A DNA stretch of 64,000 bases, taken from the NCBI GenBank assembly GCA_051294905.1, contig CM119378.1, positions 9,796,001 through 9,860,000 on the forward strand, in the 5' to 3' direction. The notes below the pieces were generated by a model. It was not told where the DNA came from, searched no databases, and saw only the letters and a program-made list of their open reading frames with translations. Positions 23,801 through 35,924 of this stretch are shown here, in pieces (position 1 is the first letter of the stretch; each line of letters opens with the position of its first letter). Source of the stretch: Botryllus schlosseri (taxonomy: Eukaryota). The translations under genes and the position numbers were made by a program.

Positions 23801-24963
23801 TACCACAGCCAAATGTTCGCTGGATAAATTTGTAGTGAAGTACGAAAAAGAAATTTCAATTTCATGCAAATTGTTCAGCGACACTATCCTGCACGAAGGT
23901 TTCAGTCGTTGCCGCTCAAAGAAACCGAAAAGAGGTGCGCTTGTGACTGAAGTGAAGGAAGCGCAAACGCCAGTCAAGGTGATTAAATCAGTTCACAAGA
24001 AACGGAAGCAAAGGGATACCGGATATTATATATCAAAACGAGCTGTAAAAGATCTGCACTGTGTCGCAATGACAAATCCAAATTCAATTTCGGAAGACGT
24101 CATCCTGCGCAGACTTGGCAATCTAAAAAACGGACGACTGGACAGCAACATTCAGCCAGCTGAATTCATCAAGGCCCAATCATTTTCAGACTCATTGTGG
24201 CAAGATTATAACCACATCCCCAAGCAATTCACCGAAATGGCGATGACCACCGCGGACGACGAAATTATTACTTGGCTTGATGTTTACTCAGTTTGTTCGG
24301 AGCCAAGTAGCGATGTTCTGGATAATATTCAGAAATGCGTCACCAATACCACCTACGGAGGTTGGCTCACATCAGAAATTGTTTCCACATACGTGCGGCA
24401 GTGCATTCGAAGGCTAAACAATCAATTTGACCATGCAATTGGTGGTTTTTCAAAAATTATTGATAATAAAGTGTTGCTGCAAGATAATTCAAGCCTCGAT
24501 TCAAATTCATCGGCACTGTCACTGGCAACCAATTTATTCGACAACAAGGGCTGCCTTTTCGACATAATTCTTCTTCCGATTTTGCATAAACAACACTTTA
24601 TGCTTCTTTGGTACACGAAAAGTACAAATGTCTGGTACTTGCTGGATTCATCCAGTATTCCAAGAGCTGGGGAGGCCCAAACGATTCAAAGGCGGCTGCG
24701 ATGGGCCATGAATCGCGCTAAATTGGCAACAACAGAGCTGAAGGAAGCAAAGTGTAAAGTGCTGAAAGTAATCCAGCAATCCGACAGCAAAAGCTGTGGT
24801 GTGTGTGTATGCCTTGCTGCGCGAGTAATTTGCACAATGGGAAGAATTGAATATGAAACAAATCAAGAAAGCTTCAGGCACTGGATATTGTACGACTTGC
24901 TGTGCTCTTCGCCCGTACTGCATCCTGATGTCAGCACGTCCCAGAAAAAATGCTTGAACGAAG
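20897..24963 (+). CDS. PHD finger + MULE (NOF-like) DDE transposase + Ulp1/C48 protease; split over three frames by two -1 junctions (~23400, ~23715)
   Basis: PHD FCFCKMPY...MVLCQICNCWFHPHC; DDE-type motifs YFDST, VLIDGA, CLSH (CxxH), LLGDLSRH, NRTQGIVEEHF; protease motifs GWLTSEIV, HF, LLDS, QQSDSKSCGV. First ATG at 20936; the true 5' end is uncertain. Confidence 0.8.
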
Positions 24964-25203
24964 GTTAGTTGTTGCCTACCACGCGTGTCGCGCATGCATA
25001 TAACTGATTGGCTATAGGTGTAGGCTACTTGAAACAAAAATACATTTTCTAAAGAACAAGCGCGTTTCAGATTACGAATTAAACTCGCGAAAAATAAATA
25101 ATGATAAAAAATATACTTGAATGAAATCCATGCCAGGGATATTCCACAATCGAAAAAAAAATTGTAATTGACCAAATTTTTTACTACTATGAATTTTTTA
25201 CAG

Positions 25204-27623
25204 TCAGAGAAACTAACCATTGCGAGGAGGCCGCATTTGCGTCCACTGCGTCTCCCAAATGCAATGGAAATATTTCATTGCAGGAGTCAGGTAACTATAA
25301 ATCGATATAATCATAAAGCCAATCATTTACCCTTATACTACCTCATTTCATTTTAAGCGACCAAACATGCAGAGACTGAGCCACCAGTCAAGTTCACAGG
25401 TATTATGATGAGTAAATATTTCGCGTTTTGTGTAGGTACAATATCCAGTTTTCTGCAATGATTGTTTAAATTTTCTGCTCTATATATACGGTAGCGCGGA
25501 GCATTTTCTCATTTTTGGCCGGAGCCGGATCAGTACTTTTTCTGACACTGCCGGAGTTGGATCGGAGCTGGTTCAGTACTCTTTACTAATAATATGACAG
25601 CCTTAACCTCTTCCTATACCTCGAATCTATAGTTAAAGTGAAACGTTCACGGAAATAAACCATATGTCTAGTTCAAGTTGACATAATTACTTCAGATAAG
25701 GGTTGGCTTTGATATTTGAGTTTTTATTTTCCTGTTTGCATTGTCTCAATCAATATTCAATGCCATCATGTGAGTAGATAATTGTTATCAGAGTTTTTCG
25801 AACCGGATCATGGTCATTTCTAGAATCTGGCCTAGAAATCGGACCAGAGCTTTAAATTACAGGATCGGACTAGGACCATGCAATTTGTTGATTCGCTCCG
25901 CACTAATATGCGGCCTCTTCTGCAGGAAGATAAAACTCCGTGTCGTAGATATGAGAGAGCATGTTGGCTACTTTGTTTCTCATATTTTACGAATTTACGA
26001 TGTATTAATTGTGATAATAAAGTAATATAGATTGACCAAATTATTGAAATTGAACTGTTTCAAATACATATATTATAAATATATATGTTTATTCACTCAG
26101 ATATCAGATTGTTGTGGTTATCACCCATCAGCAACCGAGTGGAAGCTGTTGTCGGTAACGTATGTGTAACAAGACGGAGCTTGTGCTTTCTGTCGCATCA
26201 AGGGTGGCTAGATGATCAGGTTCGTCAGACAATACAATTTATGATTTGCTCAGTTTAAAATTCAAGGAATATTGTTTACGCAGATTATGGATGCTACGAT
26301 GGAGGGATTGTGCATAAAGGTAATTTCGTTGATTTCACTACACATATATTTCTTATAAATATACTATAACTTGTAACATTCTGTTAATGGTAGGCCGGAA
26401 AAAGCGGCAGCTGTGTTTCGTGTCACTACTCGACAAAATGGTGGTACAACGGTTCCTACTGTGCCTTAAACACCGGAATGCTGGTACGAAACTATTAAAT
26501 TATTTACCTGTGGTCAGCATCTATAGTAACCAACTAATCTTACACTTTCAGTTGGAAAGGTCATCCACACAATCAATAGTGACGTCACTGTATGTTGGCA
26601 ATCACTGGATTTTCATGGTCAGTCTCATTTATTTATAATGTAACTTACATCGATTGTCCCTCTCAAACCCGTTGCACGCGGCTTAAGGGTTGATTTTCAC
26701 TTTTCCTCAATCATCCCGAATTCATTCAGGCTAGTGACATTAACACTCGAACCCTCCTACTTTACGACCCACTGGGAAATGAGGAGAGCTACGCTCAGAA
26801 ATTGGAGTTACATTGGAAGTGAGATTCTGCAATTATACTCTACAAGTAGCACAGTCAATAACGACGTAAAATATCAACCCGGTATTATAAATTTAGTGGT
26901 TTTTGGCGCCATCACAAAGAGGACTTCGCAACCCCCGGATGGACTATAACGTCTTGCTCTCATGACTCGCAAGAAGATGGCTTCAACTGTGGTGTTCTCG
27001 TGCTGAAGGTAGGCCTTGCAATCATATATATTCGAAATTTATCATTCATGTTATTTATCGGGTCTAATGTGAATTGTATATTGCTTATTATATTGCAACA
27101 AAAATTTGGTTACTTCATGCTGGCTTATCAAATAGTATCCCCGAATACTAAACCAAGTGCAATCAGGAAATGAGGTAGCCCAAGATCTCAGAGTATGGGG
27201 AGAAATATTCCGCCCACACAATCATCTGCCTTCTACTCACACCGAGCAATGACTATATTAGCGCTATCTCATACACTATGGTTTGAAAAGTGACATCTCC
27301 TGTTATATTTATACATCATCCTCAAATAAAAACATCTTTAATCGAGACGATGGTTCCCATAACACTATACGTGGTTAGGCCATGTGATTGATTGTAAATA
27401 TTATTTTATTGGACAGTTTGCAAAGAATTTATTGGGCAATGACGGCTTCAATTTTTCGGCAAAAACTGAAGATTGCAGAAGATATCGAGAAGAAATCGGA
27501 AACATGTTGCTTGAGCTAACTGGTATCCTGAAACCTCGTATTAAAATTTGTTTCATCAGAAATATGACCATATGTTTATTTTTCAACCATACAGATGAGA
27601 CAAACCTTCTCAGAAATCGATGA
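25204..27623 (+). CDS. Spliced exons encoding a second Ulp1/SENP-type (C48) cysteine protease domain
   Basis: Exons 25204-25290, 25358-25399, 26101-26219, 26284-26319, 26394-26483, 26552-26617, 26730-26818, 26897-27008, 27417-27522, 27595-27623. All introns are GT-AG and phases match. Protein contains GWLDDQIMDA, GNHW, LLYDPLG, QEDGFNCGVLVLKFA. The last exon is less certain. Confidence 0.75.
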
Positions 27624-28129
27624 AGGTAGGTACTACTATAACTGCATGGTTTTCTGTGGCTCAGCGATTCCTGACTTGGAATCTAAGGACCCTTAGGATG
27701 TCTGCGAAGCTGTATTACGGATTTATCGATACGACGAGTCCGCTTCCGAATGAGCTGTGGAGGCAACATAAACCTTCAATAAATAGACACATAGACACAT
27801 ATCCTTGATCCCGATGGTGTCAAGGCGTTAGAGGTTTATTGTGATATCGCTTCCCCCTCACATTTCATGTAAAAATATTACACTATACTTGACTTACTCC
27901 ATGACACGATCTTCTAACAACAGGTGTGGGGAAATTCGGAATTTAACTCTGCCTGCCATCTTCACATCACCACCGATTGCAAACGCTACCATGTCATGTA
28001 TGCAAGACGATCGTTTGCTCATGCGAATGCTATAAATTTATCATTATTGTTATTGCTATTACAGTGTGTTTACTAATTTCTACATTTCTTTGATAAAACG
28101 TGATTATAATGCATTTTCATTTGTTTTAT

Positions 28130-31100
28130 TTGATTTTGTTCTGTTCCCGAGCTATTCCGAACCTCAATGTTCGTGTTCTATTTGGGTACATACGTCCGCT
28201 GATAGGGCTGACTATCTTACTTTAGGGTCCCAACATGGGTAATTCTTCGATTAGGCTATATATGTATCGAGTTTGTTGGAAATTCAAGTGTATCTATGTA
28301 TTGACCGACGCGATATTCCACCGAATTCAATCGGATTCCGTTCTGTTCCTGAGTTAGTCCGAACCCGAATACTCGTCAATATTTCTTTATTAGGGGAACT
28401 TACGTCCACAGATGGGGTTGAATATCTTCCTTTAGGGTCCCAACATGGGTAATTCTTCAATTATATATGTATCGAGTTTGTCGGAAATTCAAGTGTGTCT
28501 ATGTATTGAACGACGCGATATTCCACCGAATTCAATCGGATTCTGTTCTGTTCCTGAGTTATTCCGAAGCATAATGATCGTAAATAATTCTTTATTAGGG
28601 GTACTTACGTTCACAAATGGGGTTGAATGTCTTCTTCCAGGGTCCCACCATGGGTACTTCTTCAATTATATATGTATCGATTTTGTCGGAAATTCAAGTG
28701 TATCTATGCGTTGAACGACGCGATATTCCACCGAATTCAATCGGATTCTGTTCTGTTTCTGAGTTATTCCGAAGCATAATGATCGTCAATAATTCTTTAT
28801 TGAGGGTACTTACGTCCACTGATGGGGTTGAATGTCTTCCTTTAGGGTCCCACCATGGGTACTTCTTCAATTATATATGTATCGATTTTGTCGGAAATTC
28901 AAGTGTATTTATGTATTGAACGACACGATATTCCACCGAATTCAATCGGATTCCGTTCTGTTCCTGAGTTATTCCGAACCCGAATACTCGTGAATAATTC
29001 TTTATTAGGGGTACTTACGTCCACTAATGGGGTTGAATGTCTTTCTTTAGGGTCCCACCATGGGTAATTCTTCAATTATATATGTATCGATTTTGTCGGA
29101 AATTCAAGTGTATTTATGTATTGAACGACGCGATATTCCACCGAATTCAATCGGATTCTGTTCTGTTCCTGAGTTCTTCCGAACCCGAATACGCGTGAAT
29201 AATTCTTTATTAGGGGTACTTACGTCCACTCATGGGGGTGAATATCTTCCTTTAGGGTCCCAACATGGGTTATTCTTCAATTGTATATGTGTCGAGTTTG
29301 TCGGAAATTCAAGTGTGTCTATATATTGAAGGACGCGTTATTCCACCGAATTCATTTGGATTCTGTTCTGTCCCTGAGTTATTCCGAAGCTTATTGTTTG
29401 TCAATATTTCTTTTATAAGAGTACTTACGACCACTGATGGGGTTGAATATCTTCCTTTAGGGTCCCAACATTGGTAATTCTTCGATTATATATGTATCGA
29501 GTTTGTCGGGAATTCAAGTGTATCTATGTATTGAACGACGTGATATTCCACCGAATTCGAGCGGATTCTGTTCTGTCCCTGAGTTATTCCGAAGCTTATT
29601 GTTTGTCAATATTTCTTTTATAAGAGTACTTACGACCACTGATGGGGTTGAATATCTTCCTTTAGGGTCCCAACATAGGTAATTCTTTAATTGTATATGT
29701 GTCGAGTTTGTCGGAAATTCAAGTGTGTCTATATATTGAAAGACGCGTTATTCCACCGAATTCATTCGGATTCCGTTCTGTTCCTGAGTTCTTCCGAACC
29801 CGAATACGCGTGAATAATTCTTTATTAGGGGTACTTACGTCCACTCATGGGGGTGAATATCTTCCTTTAGAGTCGCAACATGGGTTATTCTTCAATTGTA
29901 TATGTGTCGAGTTTGTCGGAAATTCAAGTGTGTCTATATATTGAAGGACGCGTTATTCCACCGAATTCATTCGGATTCTGTTCTGTTCCTGAGTTCTTCC
30001 GAACCCGAATACGCGTGAATAATTCTTTATTAGGGGTACTTACGTCCACTCATGGGGGTGAATATCTTCCTTTAGGGTCCCAACATGGGTTATTCTTCAA
30101 TTGTATATGTGTCGAGTTTGTCGGAAATTCAAGTGTGTCTATATATTGAAGGACGCGTTATTCCACCGAATTCATTCGGATTCTGTTCTGTTCCTGAGTT
30201 CTTCCGAACCCGAATACGCGTGAATAATTCTTTATTAGGGGTACTTACGTCCACTCATGGGGGTGAATATCTTCCTTTAGGGTCCCAACATGGGTTATTC
30301 TTCAATTGTATATGTGTCGAGTTTGTCGGAAATTCAAGTGTGTCTATATATTGAAGGACGCGTTATTCCACCGAATTCATTCGGATTCTGTTATGTTCCT
30401 GAGTTCTTCCGAACCCGAATACTCGTGAATAATTCTTTATTAGAGGTACTTACGTCCACTCATGGGGGTAAATATCTTCCTTTAGGGTCCCAACATGGGT
30501 TATTCTTCAATTGTATATGTGTCGAGTTTGTCGGAAATTCAAGTGTGTCTATATATTGAAGGACGCGTTATTCCACCGAATTCATTCGGATTCTGTTCTG
30601 TTCCTGAGTTCTTCCGAACCCGAATACGCGTGAATAATTCTTTATTAGGGGTACTTACGTCCACTCATGGGAGTGAGTATCTTTCTTTAGGGTCCCAACA
30701 TGGATAATTCTTCAATTATATATGTATCGATTTTGTAGGAAATTCAAGTGTGTCTATGTATTGAACGACGCGATATTCCACCGAATTCGATCGGATTCTG
30801 TTCTGTCCCTGAGTTATTCCGAAGCTTATTGTTTGTCAATATTTCTTTTATAAGAGTACTTACGACCACTGATGGGGGTAAATATCTTCCTTTAGGGTCC
30901 CAACATGGGTTATTCTTCAATTGTATATGTGTCGAGTTTGTCGGAAATTCAAGTGTGTCTATATATTGAAGGACGCGTTATTCCACCGAATTCATTCGGA
31001 TTCTGTTATGTTCCTGAGTTCTTCCGAACCCGAATACTCGTGAATAATTCTTTATTAGAGGTACTTACGTCCACTCATGGGGGTAAATATCTTCCTTTAG

Positions 31101-32298
31101 GGTCCCAACATGGGTTATTCTTCAATTGTATATGTGTCGAGTTTGTCGGAAATTCAAGTGTGTCTATATATTGAAGGACGCGTTATTCCACCGAATTCAT
31201 TCGGATTCTGTTCTGTTTCTGAGTTCTTCCGAACCCGAATACTCGTGAATAATTCTTTACTAGGGGTACTTACGTCCAATCATTGGGGTGAATATCTTCC
31301 TTTAGGGTCCCAACATGGGTTATTCTTCAATTATATATGTATCGATTTTGTAGGAAATTCCAGCGTGTGTCTATGTATTGAACGACGCGATATTCCACCG
31401 AATTCATTCGGATTCTGTTCTGTTCCTGAGTTATTCCGAAGCTTATTGTTTGTCAATATATCTTTCATAAGGGTACTTACGTCCATAGATGGGGGTGAAT
31501 ATCTTCCTTTAGGGTCCCAACATGGGTTATTCTTCGATTGTATATGTGTCGAGTTTGTCGGAAATTCAAGTGTGTCTATATATTGAAGGACGCGTTATTC
31601 CACCAAATTCATTCGGATTCTGTTCTGTTCCTGAGTTCTTCCGAACCCGAATACTCGTGAATAATTCTTTATTAGGGGTACTTACGTCCACTCATTGGGG
31701 TGAATATCTTCCTTTAGGGTCCCAACATGGGTTATTCTTCAATTATATATGTATCGATTTTGTAGGAAATTCCAGCGTGTGTCCATGTATTGAACGACGC
31801 GATATTCCACCGAATTCATTCGGATTCTGTTCTGTTCCTGAGTTATTCCGAAGCTTATTGTTTGTCAATATATCTTTCATAAGGGTACTTACGTCCATAG
31901 ATGGGGTTGAATATCTTCCTTTAGGGTCCCAACATGGGTATTTCTTCAATTATATATGTATCGAGTATGTCGGAAATTCAAGTGTGTCTATGTATTGAAC
32001 AAAGGGACATTTCATCGTATTGGTTGTGATTCTGGTCTGTTCCTATTCCTGAGTTATTTCAAACCATTTTTATTTCAAATCTGTTTTACAGTTGGGTACC
32101 TGTATCTACTGATTGTGTCGCATTCATGATCAGATATCCCGATAACCTGTTACAAAAAACTATTGTCAAATCTGGCAAGCGGTTTTCGGGATTCTGTTAG
32201 AAATTCCAAACTTAAAAATCTAATGATGCCCCTGATGTTTTTTGTGTTTCACCTGAACATATATAATTCCTGAGAATTCTATTAGAATCACAGTGGTC
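28130..32298 (-). repeat. Right arm: ~19 inverted copies of the ~205-bp monomer plus terminal segment
   Basis: Reverse complement of the left-arm monomer; innermost units (28130-29060) are more diverged. Confidence 0.95.
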
Positions 32299-33733
32299 TG
32301 GCAGAGATGTGATTTTAGCAAAGTTGGAGACCCAGACGAAGCGGGTTATATGGTCCCCAACAGGGCCGATCAATCGTGATTACGATGACGTCAGAAGGTT
32401 TAGTGATGCCGGAGAAAAGGGAATCAAGAGAGCCATCAAGGCAGGCTGCAAATCAGTTCTTGTAGTGACCCCCAATACCAAATTGTATGGGCAAGCTGCA
32501 ATTGTTGCAGCTTTGGGTGTTTTGCAAGGAGCGTATGTCCCTATTGAAATCCGCGAGGACTGCCCCGACAGAAGATTCAAGCTGGATAAGATTGGTCTGT
32601 ATGGCAAAGAATTGCCAGACAGTTTCCTCGATACGGTGAAAGCTCTGGAACATGGTCGATCAATCACTAGAGATATCGGTGGATCGGATCCGGAAAGAAT
32701 GGCTGCTCCGAAAGTTGCAAAGTACGTAGAGAATACCTTCAGGGACACTTCCGTCAAGGTATCAGTAATCTCGGACGTCAATGTTTTGGAGAAGGAGTAC
32801 CCATGTCTTGGAGCTGTAAATCGTGCTGCAAAAGTTGTTCCCAGGCACAATGCGCGTGTGATCAAGCTGAATTATTGTGGCGAAGGTCCAATTACCGATA
32901 CTCTGTTCCTTGTCGGTAAAGGAGTCACTTATGATACTGGCGGTGCCGACATTAAAGCCGGCGGCGTTATGGCTGGAATGCATCGGGATAAATGCGGAGC
33001 TGCGGCAGTAGCTGGATTCTTTGGTGTTTTGGATGCTTTACAGCCAAAACATCTCAAAGTCGTGGGTACTATGTCCATGGTGAGGAATAGCGTGGGGTCA
33101 GATTGCTATGTTGCTGATGAAATAATCACTTCCCGTGCCGGTGTAAGAGTTCGTGTTGGTAACACGGATGCAGAAGGGAGAATGGCCATGTTGGAATGTC
33201 TATGCGAGGCTAAAGAACAGGCCCTGAACGAGGTCAATCCGCACCTTTATACAATCGCAACATTGACTGGACATGCGATTATCGCCATGGGACCAAATTA
33301 CTTCTGTGCTTTGGACAATGGGCCCGCAAGGAAGATCAAGAACGTGCAGCAAATTCAAGATTCTGGTGATCAATTCGGCGATCCTTGCGAGATATCCACT
33401 ATCCGTCGTGACGATTTCGAATTCCATACCGGAAAGTCAGAGTATGAAGATGTGCTTCAATCCAACAATTCACCTTCGTCGAGGACGCCACGTGGTCACC
33501 AATGTCCGAGTGCGTTCATGATAATGGCTTCGGGGTTGGACAAAGTAAGTAAATGAGATGGAGTGGATTCTTGTCAATTTCTAACTAACTTATATTAACA
33601 GCACGGCATCGATTCTGCGCAACCTCTGCAGTACACCCACTTGGATGTAGCTGGGTCGAGCGGGCCATTCCCGGGCGTACCCACAGGATCGCCGGTGGTG
33701 GCTCTTGCTGCTCGTTACATCAAAAATTTGTAA
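32299..33733 (+). pseudogene. 3' part of the M17 leucyl-aminopeptidase-family gene (similar in type to C. elegans W07G4.4); coding 32303-33544 and 33602-33733
   Basis: Metal-binding motifs GKGVTYDTGG, MHRDKCG, NTDAEGR; intron GTAAGT...AACAG (33545-33601); last exon HGIDS...HLDVAGS...YIKNL*; AATAAA at ~33798. No stops or frameshifts seen. Confidence 0.88.
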
Positions 33734-34876
33734 CCTGACAAATTATGAAAACAAAGGAGGAAACCGTGTTTTACCTAGAAATTACGGCGTATTCGATAAT
33801 AAAGTGCAATTTGGAACTAATATTTACTAGCATAAGACAGCACTTCGCTGCTATTGTTTTAAACATAAAATAGTGTCTAGTTACAATTTTATAATTATGA
33901 GTCTATGAAGTTCTTTTCCGCATTGTGAAATTTATTGATTTCATTGACCAAAATATAGCAGTTCGAGCATGAATATCGAATTTATTACATCACAACAACA
34001 AAATTCTTTCTTTGTGTCGAATTTGGTTAACCGCATTTGCTGACGTTCGATGCTGTCAAGAGTCAGTCGATAAGCTTCGAGTGGATTTAATTTGATAGTA
34101 CGAGCCTATTGTGTGTTGATATAAAGTCTAATGTACGATCACCTCAAGAAGTTCTACGAAATCGTCTGATATTGGATGATGTAAATTGTGACTTAATGCG
34201 GGATTGCTTTGTCTTGCGCTGGTAGGTAGCTTGGTGTTGTTTGTTCAGTATCTGGTCAGGTCACGATCAGCATTTTTCAAGTTATGTAAAAGATGCTGAC
34301 ATCAATCAACACCACCATGCAGCAAGTCATCATGGAGCGGAAGGGTTGAACAATGAACATGTCCTGACCAAGATACCATGTTAGAATCCAGCTACAGCAG
34401 TTGTCCTCAAAACTTCTTGTTCGTGACAGGCTCTCATGGGGAATATATACCATCCCCCCCCCAAAAAATAATTTTTTTTTCAACTCGCACAAATTTAATC
34501 GATGCAATTGGTTGATTTAGGATACCAAATTCTCACTGATAAACATCCAATGTGCCTTATAACAAGCGACAGAACAGAGGAATACGCAGAGTACTTGCAA
34601 GCTAAACTACCACTCTTCTTTAATACTTGTCAGCCGAGAATTTCCACATCGATCAAAACTACTGAATCCTTCATTTTCCATTCTCATATGGAGTAGTGAT
34701 GTAAATTTCTGCTTGTGATCGAGTAGAATTTCTCTGCATCACATCTACTTGAGAACCCAACACATACTTTAACCACCTCTGATTACTGCTCTCACGTTAT
34801 TCAAGCTGCCATGAAATGACCTACCGACGGTCTGCCAAAGAACCATTCATAAACTTAGCCACGAGTTGCAATATAT

Positions 34877-35261
34877 TAGGCTTACCATACGTTCTCTTTT
34901 AAGAGGATTTGTCCTCTTTTTTGAAAGTGTCCTCGGAGGACGCCCTTTTGTCCTCTTTTTTGAGATTTTGTCCTCTTTTTTGAAAATTTAGGTCAGATTT
35001 AGATCAAATTGCGAGGGAAAAGCGGTGATTTTAGCTCTGAGCGAAAAGAAGACCTTTTTTTTTTTCTAGTTATCCACCTGGCAATGTGGAGAGAAAAACG
35101 TTATTTTGAGCTGTAAGCGAAAGTGATGACCTTTTTTTTTAGTCAACCGATGACGAAGTGGGAAAAAGTTACCGGTTTTTGAGAATTCTTCTCCAGTTTT
35201 GCATGTCTGAAATTTCTGAAAAAGTGTCCTCTTTTTACATTTTCAAAATATGGTAAGCCTA
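34877..35261. mobile_element. hAT MITE
   Basis: TIRs TAGGCTTACCATA / TATGGTAAGCCTA; perfect 8-bp TSD CAATATAT. Confidence 0.9.
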
Positions 35262-35568
35262 CAATATATCAAGTCTGAATTATCAAATCCAATGTGCAAT
35301 GCAACAATTAAATTCTGAACGAGAAGGCTGTAAATTCAGACGTGCAGATCTATAAACGTGCAAAATCTCACTAAGCCTCGTAGCACCAGAGACTGGTTGA
35401 CACTTACTAGCCGTAGCCATGGGACCGGGAGACTTTGTTCACACTGAAAAGATAGGGATATGCACACTGCACAGCAACAAAATTCGTATCTTTACCATCA
35501 ACCCCCGAATTCGCCGCTTCAGACTAGGTATATAAAGTAGAGACATACCCATGCAGTGACATAACGAC

Positions 35569-35793
35569 CAGAGGTGGTCAAAGTAGTCACCGTCGCTACT
35601 TAAGTAGAAGTAACGCCAGAATTTCTACTCAAGTAGAAGTGGTGGTTCACAAGTCAGTAAGTAGGTATTATACGCTTATTTTTGCCTACAAAACTGTCAA
35701 GTAGAAGTAGAAGTAGTCTAAAATCATACCTGTAGGAAAAATCTACTTCAAGTAATTCAAAAAGTAGAAGTACTTCGTTACTGACCACCTCTG
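35569..35793. mobile_element. hAT MITE (AGTAG-rich family, short form)
   Basis: TIRs CAGAGGTGGTCA / TGACCACCTCTG; perfect 8-bp TSD ATAACGAC. Confidence 0.92.
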
Positions 35794-35924
35794 ATAACGA
35801 CACACCAATATTTCTGTATAAAGCTCAGGACCACTAACATCATATCATGGCAGTTACATTTTATCGAATTTTATTCGAATAATAAACCTCAACACTTTCA
35901 TGACTGAACGATATGCAAAAGAAA

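Larger units (their letters stand above)
10697..32298 (+). mobile_element. Giant Foldback-type Mutator/MULE DNA transposon (FB-NOF/Rehavkus-like), 21,602 bp
   Basis: Termini GACCACTGTGATTCTAATAG / CTATTAGAATCACAGTGGTC; outer ~310 bp of the arms differ at about 7 positions; flanked by direct repeat TGGCA; multi-kb inverted tandem arrays; internal MULE transposase gene. Confidence 0.9.

Noticed and set aside
10680-32310. Removal of the giant element as an intron, rescuing the aminopeptidase
   Set aside because: The element ends are GA...TC, and the nearby GT (10690) and AG sites (32303-32306) do not give a phase-matched consensus pair.
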